NCBI GenBank assembly: GCA_963708075.1
Contig: OY970194.1
Coordinates: 992,001-1,056,000 of the forward strand
Length of the DNA: 64,000 nt
Direction of reading: 5' to 3'
From: Sedimentisphaerales bacterium
Lineage (GTDB): Bacteria > Planctomycetota > Phycisphaerae > Sedimentisphaerales > Anaerobacaceae
The notes beneath the pieces are model-generated. The model worked only from the letters and a program-made list of their open reading frames with translations. It was not told the DNA's origin and ran no database searches. Below, one piece after another: positions 19,467 to 30,034 of the stretch. Made by a program: the position numbers and the translations under genes. Position 1 is the first letter of the stretch. Each line of letters opens with the position of its first letter.

Positions 19467-20765
19467 ATGACGATGGATGGAAAGCTGGTCCGAAAAGTGC
19501 TGTCGTTTCGATGGCTGCTTTTCGCGATATTGGCGACAGGTTATGCGCTTGTGTACTTCCACAGGTTCTCGCCTTCCGTCGTGGCGAACGATCTGATGCG
19601 AGACTTTCAGACGACGGCCCGTGCTCTGGGCGGACTCGGCTCAATCTACTTCTACTGTTATGCGGTGATGCAGTTTCCTGCGGGGCTGCTGTCCGACTCC
19701 ATCGGACCCCGCAAGACGGTGATGTACTCACTGCTGATCGGGGCGGCGGGCAGCTTTCTGTTCGCCGTGTCGCCGAGCATCCAGATCGCAAGGTTGTCAC
19801 GTGTGCTGGTCGGGCTGGGTGTCTCCATGGTGTTCATCCCGACGCTCAAGATGGTGTCGCAATGGTTCCGGGCGCGGGAGTTTGCCCTGATGTCGGGCAT
19901 GCTGCAGGCGGCGGGGGGCCTGGGAATCCTCGGGGCGACGTGGGTTCTCGGCCTGCTGGCGACCTGGTTCGGCTGGCGGCTGTCGTTCCACATCATCGGC
20001 GTGTGTACCGCCGTCACCGTGGCGGCGGTCTGGCTGGCGGTCCGTGACAAGCCGGCCGATGTGGGCTGGCCATCCATTGCGCAGATCGACGGTTGCACCG
20101 GGGAGGCGAATCCTGCACAGGGGAAGGTCGGGCTGTGGCAGGGCGTAGGCCGAGTGCTCTCGGAGGGGGCGTTCTGGCCGGTGGCCGTGTGGTTCTTCTT
20201 TGACTGCGGGATCTTCTTCGCGTTCGGCGGCCTGTGGGCCGGGTCGTACCTGATGGATACTTACGGGCTGAGCAAGAGACAGGCCGGCGCGATCCTCAGC
20301 ATGACGGCGTGGGCAATGATATTCGGCGGCCCGCTGCTCGGATTGCTCTCGCAGAAGATCCTGCGAAGCCGCAAGAAGACGTTCATCCTGTGCACATCCA
20401 CGCTCGTCGTGCTGCTGCTGTTTCTCAACATTTTCCCCGCCGGGCTGCCTCTCGCGGTTCTGTATGCCTGGTTCTTCCTGTTCTCCGTGAGTTCCTCGGC
20501 GATTGTCGTCATGGGGTTCACGAGCACAAAGGAACTGTTCCCGGTTGAGATGGCCGGGACTTGCGTCGGGATGGTGAATTTTTTCCCGTTCCTGGGCGGG
20601 GCGGTGTTCATGCCGGTGCTGGGCCGGGTGCTCGATGCATATCCCAGAAGCGACGCCGGGGCCTACCCTGTCGCCGGCTATCACATGATCTTGGTGATCC
20701 TTCTGCTGGCGTCCCTGATCTCGCTGGCGTGCACGTTCGTAATGAAGGAGACCTGGCGACAGTAG
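19467..20765 (+). CDS. MFS transporter
   Basis: YFHRFSPSV, GLLSDSIGPRK motif A, about 12 TM segments. Confidence 0.92.
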   Translation: MTMDGKLVRKVLSFRWLLFAILATGYALVYFHRFSPSVVANDLMRDFQTTARALGGLGSIYFYCYAVMQFPAGLLSDSIGPRKTVMYSLLIGAAGSFLFAVSPSIQIARLSRVLVGLGVSMVFIPTLKMVSQWFRAREFALMSGMLQAAGGLGILGATWVLGLLATWFGWRLSFHIIGVCTAVTVAAVWLAVRDKPADVGWPSIAQIDGCTGEANPAQGKVGLWQGVGRVLSEGAFWPVAVWFFFDCGIFFAFGGLWAGSYLMDTYGLSKRQAGAILSMTAWAMIFGGPLLGLLSQKILRSRKKTFILCTSTLVVLLLFLNIFPAGLPLAVLYAWFFLFSVSSSAIVVMGFTSTKELFPVEMAGTCVGMVNFFPFLGGAVFMPVLGRVLDAYPRSDAGAYPVAGYHMILVILLLASLISLACTFVMKETWRQ

Positions 20766-20769
20766 CCCT

Positions 20770-22017
20770 ATGTATGCCTTGGGAATGATTTTCGCGTCGC
20801 TGGCGGTGCTGGTCGTCCTGCTGCGGCTGAAGGTTCGGATCGGGCTGGCGATGACGATCTCGGCCATTGCGCTGGCGGTGCTGCTGCGCGTGACGCCGGG
20901 GGCGATGTGGGGCCGGTTGGCGGCGGAGTGGCGGGAGCAGCCGTTGACGGAAACGACTCCATACCTGTTCGTCTCGCTGACGGCGCTGCTGCTGCTGGTG
21001 AATGTGGTGGGGGAGGCGATGGGCCAGATCGGGCTATCGGCCCGACTGGTGCCCGCGATGCACGGTTTGCTTCGCAGCCGCCGGGTGGCGCTGGCGACAA
21101 TCCCACTGCTGATGGGCATGTTGCCGACGCCGGGCGGGATCATGCTCTCGGCCCCCATGGTGCGCGAGGCGGGGGACAAGATCGGAGTGGAGCGCAGCCG
21201 GGTCGCGGCGATCAACTTTTTCTTTCGCCACCAGTGGGAGCCGGTCTGGCCTCTGTTCCCGGCGGTCCCGCTGATCGTGCAGATGCTGGGCGTCCCTGCG
21301 GCCGGCGTGGTCGGCTACCATGCGGCGCTATCCATTGCCGGGATTCTCGGTGGCATCGTGTTTCTGCTGCTGTTCGGCATTCCACCCCGCCGAGCCGAAC
21401 ACATGGAGGTCGGGACAGATATCGGTTCGCACGTGAAGGATTTCATCCATGCCCTGTGGCCGATCCTGTTCACGGCCGTGCTGTACGTCGGCCTCAACGT
21501 GCCGCCGGCGGTCGGCATATTCCTCGCGATCATCGGCCTGCTCCTGCTGCACCGGGTGAACGTGCGCCGGTGGGGCGGGATTTTCCGGGCGGCCCGCGAG
21601 CCGGACGTGATTCTGCTGCTGTTCGGGGCTCTGTGGTTCAAGCTGATCCTGGAGTCCAGCGGCGCGATTGGGAGCGTCGTCACATTCTTTGAGCAGGTCC
21701 ACATGCCGCCGCTGCTGGTGCTGTTCGTGTTGCCGTTCATCGTGAGCTTCAGCACGGGCGTGACAACGCCGACCGTGGCGATCACGTATCCCTTCCTCAT
21801 GCCATTCATCGGCACGGGCGAGAATCTTTCGCTGGGTCTCGAAACCCTGGCCTTTGCCGGCGTGGTCTTTGGGCTGGCGATCAGTCCGATTCACCTGTGC
21901 CTGGCGCTGTCCGCAAGTTACTTCAACACGCCATTGCTGCGGATCATCTGGAAGGTACTGCCGCCCTCGCTGTGTGTAACAGGCGCGGGATTCGCCCTGG
22001 CACTCCTGGCCGGGTGA
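20770..22017 (+). CDS. DUF401-family membrane protein (putative transporter)
   Basis: GMLPTPGGIMLSAP, NFFFRHQWE, SPIHLCL motifs. Confidence 0.8.
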   Translation: MYALGMIFASLAVLVVLLRLKVRIGLAMTISAIALAVLLRVTPGAMWGRLAAEWREQPLTETTPYLFVSLTALLLLVNVVGEAMGQIGLSARLVPAMHGLLRSRRVALATIPLLMGMLPTPGGIMLSAPMVREAGDKIGVERSRVAAINFFFRHQWEPVWPLFPAVPLIVQMLGVPAAGVVGYHAALSIAGILGGIVFLLLFGIPPRRAEHMEVGTDIGSHVKDFIHALWPILFTAVLYVGLNVPPAVGIFLAIIGLLLLHRVNVRRWGGIFRAAREPDVILLLFGALWFKLILESSGAIGSVVTFFEQVHMPPLLVLFVLPFIVSFSTGVTTPTVAITYPFLMPFIGTGENLSLGLETLAFAGVVFGLAISPIHLCLALSASYFNTPLLRIIWKVLPPSLCVTGAGFALALLAG

Positions 22018-22024
22018 CAGGGTC

Positions 22025-22813
22025 CTACCGGATCGTGATGGAGCCGACGTCGGTGCGGAGATCCACCTGGCCTTCGGCGGCGCCGAGAGAGGCTCTGACA
22101 GACTTGCCGAGCGAGCCGCTGACGGTGATGGGTCTGTCCGTATGGATGTGACCGACGTTGACGGCAGCGGTGAGATTCGCGGAGATCTGGGATGGGCCCG
22201 TGAAGTCGATGTTGCCGACATTGGCAGAGGCGTTGACATCGAGAGCAGCCGGGGCATCGGGCGAGTAAGCAGCCTTGATGTCGCCGACGTTCGTGTGCAG
22301 GCTCATGCCATCGCGCAGCCCGCTGCAAGTGATTGAGCCAACGTCCGTGTGGGTTTCCACGCGACGGGTGAATTCGTTGACCCGGATATCCCCCACATCA
22401 GTGGTGCAGTCGAGACGCAGGCCGGGCGGAGCGGTAATCGCGAAATCGACGGCGAGATGGTTGCGGCCGAAGCCGGATGGTTTCTCCGCCTTGACCACGA
22501 GCGTGTCGCCGGATGGCTCGGCGGTGACGCGGACCCCTTCAAGCAGGGCTTCCGCCTCTTCATCCGTCTTGGCCTTGACCGTGATATCAGCAGTGATACG
22601 GACCTCGGCTGCATCCATCGCATCGAGCTTGATCGTCCCAACATTCGTAGTCACCTTGAGGGCGGATGCACTGCCGACCGCAACGCTACGCTGGTCCGTT
22701 CGTTTCGCCTTGCCCTGCAGATTGTCACCACCGATCGTGATGCAGCCGGCAGTGGCGACGACGAACGCAAACACAACGCACAAACCGATTTCTGTCATCA
22801 GGGCTCTTCTCAT
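22025..22813 (-). CDS. Lipoprotein with DUF4097-like beta-strand repeats
   Basis: Lipobox TAGC; repeated T[ND]VG[DST]I units. Confidence 0.78.
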   Translation of the reverse strand: MRRALMTEIGLCVVFAFVVATAGCITIGGDNLQGKAKRTDQRSVAVGSASALKVTTNVGTIKLDAMDAAEVRITADITVKAKTDEEAEALLEGVRVTAEPSGDTLVVKAEKPSGFGRNHLAVDFAITAPPGLRLDCTTDVGDIRVNEFTRRVETHTDVGSITCSGLRDGMSLHTNVGDIKAAYSPDAPAALDVNASANVGNIDFTGPSQISANLTAAVNVGHIHTDRPITVSGSLGKSVRASLGAAEGQVDLRTDVGSITIR

Positions 22814-22908
22814 GGGTCGATCTCCTAAAGCACTTACGCTCTTAGTCGCTCAGCAGGCCCCATTATTGCGGGCATTCCGCCTTTTCAAGTCGAAAGGAGA
22901 ATCGAACG

Positions 22909-24362
22909 TCAGTTGCAGAATTTCTCCTTTGTGCCTGGTTCCGCCTTGCCGCCCTTGACGGGCGCTGGATGCACTTGCTTGAGCAAAGCCTTCATTTGTG
23001 CGACCACGTCGGCGTGCTCGGCGTTGCCGGCCAGATTGTGCAGCTCGTGCGGATCGTTGTCATGATCGTAGAGTTCCTGCCCCCTGTCCCCGGAGGCCCA
23101 TTCGGTGTACCGCCAACGCTCGGTCCGGACGCTGTGGCCCGGATCGGTGCCGCGCTGGACCTGGGTGAAGGCAGGGTGGTTCCATTGGGCCTGGGGATCG
23201 TCGATCAGCGGGCGCAGACTGAAACCTTCCAAATGCTCCGGAGACGTTAGACCGGCCAGTTCGGCCAGCGTTGGATACAGATCGACCAGCTCCACCGGGC
23301 GGGAACTCGCCCGGCCCGCCGTCTTCTGTCCAGGCACCGAAATAATCAGCGGCACGCGCGCCGATTCCTCGAAACAACTCTGCTTGAACCACAGCCCGTG
23401 CTCACCAAGATGGTACCCGTGGTCGCTCCAGAACACGATAATGGTGTTGTCGCGCAATCCGAGCCGGTCCACGGCGTCGAGAAGCCGCCCGATCTGGGCA
23501 TCGACGAACGAGATGGCCGCGTAATACGCCCGCTTGCACTCGCGCGCTTGCTCCGCCGTGACGCCGAGATAGGGCCACGGCCGGGTCGAAGCGAGCGCCA
23601 GCGGCGGATAGTCGCCCGGGGTTTGCGGGGTGATTCCCGGCAGCGAGATCGGATCCATCGGATAGAGGTCGAAATACTTCTTCGGAGTCACCCACGGGCA
23701 GTGCGGCTTGTAGAATCCTGCCGCGATGAAAAACGGCTTGTCCTTGTGTTCCTCGAGCAATCGGATCGTCTGGTCGGCCACCTTGCCGTCGGTGTGCTCC
23801 GGGTCTGTCCCGGTCTTGTCCGCCAGAAACGCCATGGCCGAACCCAAGCCCCGCCTGGGCGTGTAATTCATGATGTCAGGTTCGAGCGCCGTCTTGTCGC
23901 GTCCCGCGGGATTGAGTCGTTCCGTCCACGACGCCCGGTCATCCAGACCGTTGGTGCCGATGTCCCCTGGATTGCCATAGTGATACATCTTCCCGACGCG
24001 TGCTACGTAGTAGCCATTGCGTATGAACATCTGTGGAAGCGTCACCACGTCGGGCAGATCCTGGCGGAAGTGATACTGCAGATCGAACACCCGCGTGCTG
24101 TCGGGCGCAAACCGGTTAAGAGCGAGGAGCGGCTCGGACTGCACAGCGGAAACTGGCAGTAGGCCCGGTCGAACCGCACGCCGCGAGCAGCGAGACGGTC
24201 GATGCTCGGCGATTTCACCAATGGGTGCCCGAAGCAGCCGAGGTCATTGTTCATATCATCCACGGCGATGAACAGGATGTTTGGTTTAGAAGGGGCTGCG
24301 ATCGCTGTGCCAGCCAGCGTCAGCACCATCACGACGGCAATGGGACGGATCAGCGTTTTCAT
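22909..24362 (-). CDS. Formylglycine-dependent sulfatase, iduronate-2-sulfatase-like (frameshift near 24103)
   Basis: Signal peptide, [47 protein letters not shown]; split between ORFs 24042-24383 and 22909-24144 by a 1-nt deletion. Confidence 0.9.
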
Positions 24363-24397
24363 CGGACCAGGCTCCCTTATCATTCAGTGGATTGCGT

Positions 24398-26389
24398 TCA
24401 CTCATTCAGCACCACGACCTCATAGGAATTGAGCCGGGGCAAGGTGAACTTATGCTCTGTGATACGCAGCTTCTTGTTCGTGCTCATGGCGGTGGCGCGA
24501 CGAAATGGGAGGGCCAACTCTACCGTGATGTCTCGCATTTCGACTGGGGCGAAGTAGGCTGTGTCGGAATGCCCGCTCAGGTTCACGAAGTGCACCAGCG
24601 TCCGGTTGCGCTTGGGCTGCCTCATCACCGTGACTTCCACCAATGGATGCGCATTGGTCTTCAATTGTCGTCCATGGGGCAGGAGATGATCGATTATGTC
24701 AGCCATCAAGCCGGCGTGGCCTTGTGAGCTGTGCCGATAATACAGGCCGCCGATATCCCAGGGGATGTACGCAATCCGGCCTTTGCCATGGTCCGTGAAC
24801 ACGAGACCTGGAATGCTGGTCTCCACCTTGTCCACCCACACCTTCTCCGGTGGACCGAACATGGCGGGCGGAATCAACGTGAGCAGCGGCGCATCCAGTG
24901 GCGCCAGCTCCACATAGGGCCCATCCAGAAAGAGCAGCTTGGTGTTCTTCAGCGACGGCAGCAGTGCGTGATCGTGAATACGCCAGGAGCCTTGGATTGA
25001 TTCTCGCTTGCCGATCACTTTCCCCACCGGCAATGCGGGAGGATTGGCGCCTGCGATGAACAGATGGGCGCCATCGCGGACGTAGCGATCCAGTTCCGCC
25101 GAGGCGCCGCTGGGAGCGATGACCAGATCAAACTTGCGGGAGGGATCGTTCAGCCATTTCAGGTTGTCCGACACGGCGAATGGGATATGCTGCTCGCTCA
25201 GCAGGCGGAAGAATCCGCGATAAGAACTTGAGTCGCCCCGGAGCAACAGGACGCGCGCAGCATTTTGCTGTCCGACGTAGAGGTCTTCATGCTCCGCGTG
25301 CCACTGGAAGACGGGCCGGCCTGCCAGCAGGGCGTGGCGGTCTTCCTGGTCCATGGTCCCGTGCATGTTGAGCGCGAGCACGCCGCCGTGGGACATGTTC
25401 TGATACAGGCGCAGTTGAATCTCTGCCTGCGGTACTGTTACGAACCGCCACGGGTAATCCACGAAGCTCATGCAGAGGTTGAACGCCATCTTGTCCGGCT
25501 CCGAATTGCGGGCACGATTCACGTTGTCACTGGCGGAGTATGGCCAGAGCGGCAGTGCTCGCCCGACGGCCGTATTGGATTCAGACATGATGCCGTCGGT
25601 GTGGTCCTGGATATAGGTGAGAAAGGCTGCCTGCGGCCGCAGCCGGTGAATCAGCTCGGCGAACGTCGCCGCCACTTCGTGTGCCGATTCCGCCAGGAAG
25701 CTACCGTAATCGGCGTCGCGAGCACTCGTCGGCAGCGGGCGATGGTAGCGCACCTCAAAGCGGGTTTTGCAGGCGTCGCACTGGCACGGCCCCATCTGGT
25801 TGCCGCTGTAGTCGGAGGACGGATTGCCGAACATGTTGAAGAACAGCCCGTCCACCTCGTAACGCTCCAGCGCCTCGGTGAGAATCTTGACCGCCTGTTC
25901 GCGATAATAGCCACCGTTGATGCACGCCGAGTAGAGTCCATTGTAGATGGCAGGCTCGCCGTTGGTCCGCTTGAAGAACCATTCGGGATGGGCGTCGAAC
26001 ACCGGCTTCTGGGTCTTGCTCAGGTCAAAGCGACCGATCACGCGCAGACCACGCGCGTGGGCCTCCTGTAGCACGTCTCCAAACAGATCGTGTCCCGGCG
26101 GCAGGTGTGGACTGGCATAGTGGAATTCCGCACGCGTTGGATACTGCGCCACGATACCGCCCATGTTGAAAAGCAGCGTATTCGCGGGAAACTCGGTGAC
26201 TTGTCGAACGAGACGTTTGGCATCCAGCGTGGAATCGGTCTCGCGGAGATTGGTCTGCAGGAGGCGGACCGGCTCGTCCATCCACCAGCGTGGCTCCGCC
26301 GCGGTGGCACGAGCCGCCGGCATCGTACAGCCGGACACGACAAGAGTCACCATGATCCACTGGATCGCCGGCCGGAGTGTATCAGCCAT
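24398..26389 (-). CDS. Putative glycoside hydrolase (GHL6/GH42-like TIM barrel + trimerisation-like domain)
   Basis: AHARGLRVIGRFD, HPEWF, YEVDGLFFN, CQCDAC Zn-like motif; export signal. Confidence 0.75.
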   Translation of the reverse strand: MADTLRPAIQWIMVTLVVSGCTMPAARATAAEPRWWMDEPVRLLQTNLRETDSTLDAKRLVRQVTEFPANTLLFNMGGIVAQYPTRAEFHYASPHLPPGHDLFGDVLQEAHARGLRVIGRFDLSKTQKPVFDAHPEWFFKRTNGEPAIYNGLYSACINGGYYREQAVKILTEALERYEVDGLFFNMFGNPSSDYSGNQMGPCQCDACKTRFEVRYHRPLPTSARDADYGSFLAESAHEVAATFAELIHRLRPQAAFLTYIQDHTDGIMSESNTAVGRALPLWPYSASDNVNRARNSEPDKMAFNLCMSFVDYPWRFVTVPQAEIQLRLYQNMSHGGVLALNMHGTMDQEDRHALLAGRPVFQWHAEHEDLYVGQQNAARVLLLRGDSSSYRGFFRLLSEQHIPFAVSDNLKWLNDPSRKFDLVIAPSGASAELDRYVRDGAHLFIAGANPPALPVGKVIGKRESIQGSWRIHDHALLPSLKNTKLLFLDGPYVELAPLDAPLLTLIPPAMFGPPEKVWVDKVETSIPGLVFTDHGKGRIAYIPWDIGGLYYRHSSQGHAGLMADIIDHLLPHGRQLKTNAHPLVEVTVMRQPKRNRTLVHFVNLSGHSDTAYFAPVEMRDITVELALPFRRATAMSTNKKLRITEHKFTLPRLNSYEVVVLNE

Positions 26390-26637
26390 CGTTTTCTTCT
26401 CCATCTCACAGAGCACCGGAAGCTGCGACTGCGTAGCCGTATTGTAGGATCAAGCCGGCGCAAAGGCAAAAGGCAAACCAAGGCAGTCGTCGTGTGACAG
26501 TCGCAAATCCCTCCGTCACAAGGCCCTATTGGACACAGGGCGGACGAGATGCTACAATAGGAGCTTGATTGGGCCATGGTGCCTGCTCGTATGCACTGAA
26601 GAGTATCTACCTTGGATTTCTGCGAAAGGAGCAGAGG

Positions 26638-28119
26638 ATGAATCAGATGAATCGCCGGGGATTCTTGAAGCACACCGCCGTCGCGACGGCTGGGTCGTAT
26701 CTGGTCTTGTCTTCGTGGGACCACCTTGTGCCCAGCGTACGCGGGGCCAATGACGAGATTCGATTAGCCGTAGCCGGGATCAAGAGCCGGGGTGGGGCCC
26801 ACGTCAGCGATTTCATGAAACTGCAGGGCGTGAAAGTGGTGGCCTTATGCGACCCGGATAAGCAAATCCTCGAACAAGGGGTCGCCGGGTTCAAGAAGAA
26901 GTACAACGTGGATGATTCGGCCATCAAGGGCTATGCGGACGTCCGGCAGATCCTGGATCGCAAGGATATTGATGCCCTGGTGATCGCGGCACCCAACCAC
27001 TGGCACTCGCTGATGACAGTCTGGGCGTGCCAGGCGGGCAAGCACGTGTACGTGGAAAAGCCCGTCAGTCATGCGATCTGGGAGGGCCGCAAGATGGTCG
27101 AGGCGGCACGCAAGTACAACCGGATCGTGCAGGCGGGCACCCAGCACCGGTCCTGTCCGGCTGTGCAGGAGGCCGCTCGCGATATTCAGGCCGGCAAGTA
27201 CGGCAAGGTCCTCTGGGTTCACTGCTCCAAGCTGCAATCACGGACCTCGATCGGCAAAGTGACGGAGCCGCAGCCGGTTCCGCCTCAGATCGACTACAAT
27301 CTCTGGGCCGGTCCCGCACCGATGACACCGGTCATGCGGCAGCAGTTCCATTATGACTGGCACTGGCAGTGGAACTGGGGCGACGGCGAAATGGCGAACT
27401 GGGGCATTCATTACCTCGACGATGTGCGTCACCTGCTTGGTTGGAAGGATGTGCCGACGAAGGTGGTGGCGGCGGGCAACCGTTTCGCCTGGGACGACAA
27501 CGGCGAGACGCCGAACATGCACTTTGCGCTGATGGACTATGACGGTCTGCCCATGGTGGTCGATATCCGTAATCTGCCCGACCCGGCGCGTCGCGGCGGC
27601 AAGGAGGGGGCTGTATATCTGACCGCCCGCGGGGGCAACTACGTCCAGTGCGAGAACGGCTCCGTTCGCATCTCCCGCGGCGGCGGCTGGTTCCACGACA
27701 ATGATGGCAAGCGGGTCTACCAGTACAAGGGCAACGGCGGGAGTGACCACGCCCCGAATTTCATCAGGGCGCTACGCAGCGGCCGGCGCGAGGACTTGGC
27801 GGCGGAGATTGAGGTCGGTCACCTCGGCACCACGATCTGCCACCAGGCAAATATCGCCTGGCGGGCCGGTCAGCAGGCTTCCGTCGAACAGGTGCGCGAG
27901 AGTATGAAATCATGCGAGGACGCTGCGAATACGCTCAAGGACATACTCGAACAGCTCAACGGCAACAGTGTGGATTTGGCGAAGCAACCGTTCGTCCTTG
28001 GACCGTCGCTGACCTATGATCGCAAGCAGGAACGCTTCGTCGGCCCGAATGCCGAGCAGGCCAATAAGTACCTCAAGTGCTCCTATCGCGAGCCGTTCGT
28101 CCTGCCCGAGCAAGTGTAA
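26638..28119 (+). CDS. Gfo/Idh/MocA oxidoreductase with Tat signal
   Basis: NRRGFLK, PNHWH, YVEKP, QAGTQHRS, WHWQWNWGDGEMANWGIH. Confidence 0.93.
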   Translation: MNQMNRRGFLKHTAVATAGSYLVLSSWDHLVPSVRGANDEIRLAVAGIKSRGGAHVSDFMKLQGVKVVALCDPDKQILEQGVAGFKKKYNVDDSAIKGYADVRQILDRKDIDALVIAAPNHWHSLMTVWACQAGKHVYVEKPVSHAIWEGRKMVEAARKYNRIVQAGTQHRSCPAVQEAARDIQAGKYGKVLWVHCSKLQSRTSIGKVTEPQPVPPQIDYNLWAGPAPMTPVMRQQFHYDWHWQWNWGDGEMANWGIHYLDDVRHLLGWKDVPTKVVAAGNRFAWDDNGETPNMHFALMDYDGLPMVVDIRNLPDPARRGGKEGAVYLTARGGNYVQCENGSVRISRGGGWFHDNDGKRVYQYKGNGGSDHAPNFIRALRSGRREDLAAEIEVGHLGTTICHQANIAWRAGQQASVEQVRESMKSCEDAANTLKDILEQLNGNSVDLAKQPFVLGPSLTYDRKQERFVGPNAEQANKYLKCSYREPFVLPEQV

Positions 28120-28379
28120 TCCTGATAGTTGAGAGCCTGGCACAGGATGCCACAGGGATCCGGATGGCATGGGCAGACGCGTTTGCCCGTGGCGTGTTGT
28201 CTCGTTGGGGCCGGATTCCCGTCTCTTATGAGAATGCCTCTGGCGTTTCCGTCCGTGTGGTGGTAGTATCTGCCGCAACGCGCTCTAAGCAGCGCTGATC
28301 GAATGGGGATTTGGATGCGGCTCGATTCCCGCATCCGCAGGACAAAGCACTGGTGGCAAGGTTGGCCCTGTGGAAGGAC

Positions 28380-29150
28380 ATGGCGATGCCCTGGAGAGTC
28401 TGTGTCTGTGCTCTGGTTGTCGGTTTCGCAGCGACAGCCTGGTGCCGGAGCGCCGAAACGGACGATGAAGGCAAGAACGGATCGGCGTTCTACCTGGGCG
28501 GCGGTGCGCTGATTAGTGACCGGCCGTACATCGATACGGACTGGATGATCTGTCCGGTCCCGTTGTCTGCTTATGAAGGCGATCCCCTGTCTCTGTGGGA
28601 CATGGCCGGCGGCTATCCGCTGCCGGCGGGCAAGGGCTGGTCCATCGGGCCTGTCGTCCAGCCTCGCTTCCAGGGCTACGGTGAGGAGGACAGCTCCGCC
28701 CTGTGGGGTATGGATGACCGGAACTGGTCGATCGATGCAGGGATAGGCGCATCGTGGATGACGAAGATTGGGCGTTTTGGTTTGTCCGGCGTCACCGACA
28801 TGCTGGGCAGGCACAAGGGCCAGGAACTGGAGTTCAGCTACACGGTCCTGTTCAAGCTGGGCGGCCTGGACTTCATTCCGTCGGCCGGGATGAGGTGGAA
28901 GAGCCAGGACCTTGTTGACTACTACTACGGCGTGCGGCCGCGAGAAGCCATGGCGGGTCGTCCGGCCTATGAGGGCGAGAACGCCCTCGATCCTTTCGTG
29001 CGACTGACCATGCGGCACAAGCTCACCGGGAGGTGGAGTCTGCTGGCCTTTGCGCAGTATGAATGGCTCGATGATGAAATCAAGAGTAGCCCCATCGTGG
29101 ACGCGGATTACGACGCATCCTTCATGGTGGGTATGCTCTACTCGTGGTGA
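28380..29150 (+). CDS. MipA/OmpV-family outer membrane protein
   Basis: Signal peptide, GMDDR, VDYYYGV, SSPIVD, terminal YSW. Confidence 0.85.
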   Translation: MAMPWRVCVCALVVGFAATAWCRSAETDDEGKNGSAFYLGGGALISDRPYIDTDWMICPVPLSAYEGDPLSLWDMAGGYPLPAGKGWSIGPVVQPRFQGYGEEDSSALWGMDDRNWSIDAGIGASWMTKIGRFGLSGVTDMLGRHKGQELEFSYTVLFKLGGLDFIPSAGMRWKSQDLVDYYYGVRPREAMAGRPAYEGENALDPFVRLTMRHKLTGRWSLLAFAQYEWLDDEIKSSPIVDADYDASFMVGMLYSW

Positions 29151-30034
29151 GGCGGGTCCTTCTCAGGAGGAGGCTGCGTGTTCTGAGGTTGCACACGGAG
29201 CTTGAGAGCTCCAGTACGCGGTCGTCTGGCCGGTGTGCCGCCGTCATTCGGTTCGGTCGGGAGGCCTTCATCCCGGATTTGCCTATTTCGATATTGAACA
29301 TACGCTGTACGCATCGCTACGTACGGATCCACGGCTACCGACTTGAAGGCTTCGTATTCTCCGATGTGCAAGGAGCCGTCATTGACAGCGTTCTCGACGG
29401 ATATGCCGATCGAGACCTCCTCCGGCTCGACGTACCGAATCGGATTCAAGAACTGGTCGCCCAATATGCCGACCGAATCCCGCAAGGTCGATGGACCCCA
29501 CAACGGCCACACCAGATAGCATCCGTCGCGGAAACCATACACGGCCAGCGTTTGACCGAGGTCCTCCCGAGCCAGCTCCAATCCCCACCGATCGCGTGCC
29601 GGGTCGCCAAACCCAAGCACACCTACCGTCGTGTTGATGGCGAAGCGGTGCAATTCGGTCCCTGCCGCTGAACCTTTGCCTTGTAGAAGGCAGTTGACCA
29701 AACGTGGCGGAGTCGCCACGTTGTCGAAGAAATTGCCGATGCCTGTGCGAGCCGGTTTGGGCACTATACGTGCATACGCATGTGTAACCGGCTTCACGAC
29801 CCAGAAATACGTCACGTCGTTGATGCCGAACATGATCCGATTCACGGGCTCCAGCGGGTCCGCGATGGTTACCTGCTTCTCGGAGAACTCTTCCTCCAAT
29901 TCGTCGAAGGCCGTCTCGTCCGGCGAATTGACGTCCCCGGGCACAACGGCCGCGGACTGCGGATTGCTCTGGGCGGAGGTCGCACAACCCGTCCCTGCGA
30001 CAATCCCGGCCAGGATCAGGAAGCATACTCTCAT
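29138..30034 (-). CDS. mlaA: MlaA/VacJ lipoprotein
   Basis: Lipobox GTGC, DPLEPVNR, RFAINTTVG..G, EDLGQTL, LWGPSTLRD, DPY..R.AY.Q.R. Confidence 0.92.
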   Translation of the reverse strand: MRVCFLILAGIVAGTGCATSAQSNPQSAAVVPGDVNSPDETAFDELEEEFSEKQVTIADPLEPVNRIMFGINDVTYFWVVKPVTHAYARIVPKPARTGIGNFFDNVATPPRLVNCLLQGKGSAAGTELHRFAINTTVGVLGFGDPARDRWGLELAREDLGQTLAVYGFRDGCYLVWPLWGPSTLRDSVGILGDQFLNPIRYVEPEEVSIGISVENAVNDGSLHIGEYEAFKSVAVDPYVAMRTAYVQYRNRQIRDEGLPTEPNDGGTPARRPRTGALKLRVQPQNTQPPPEKDPPHHE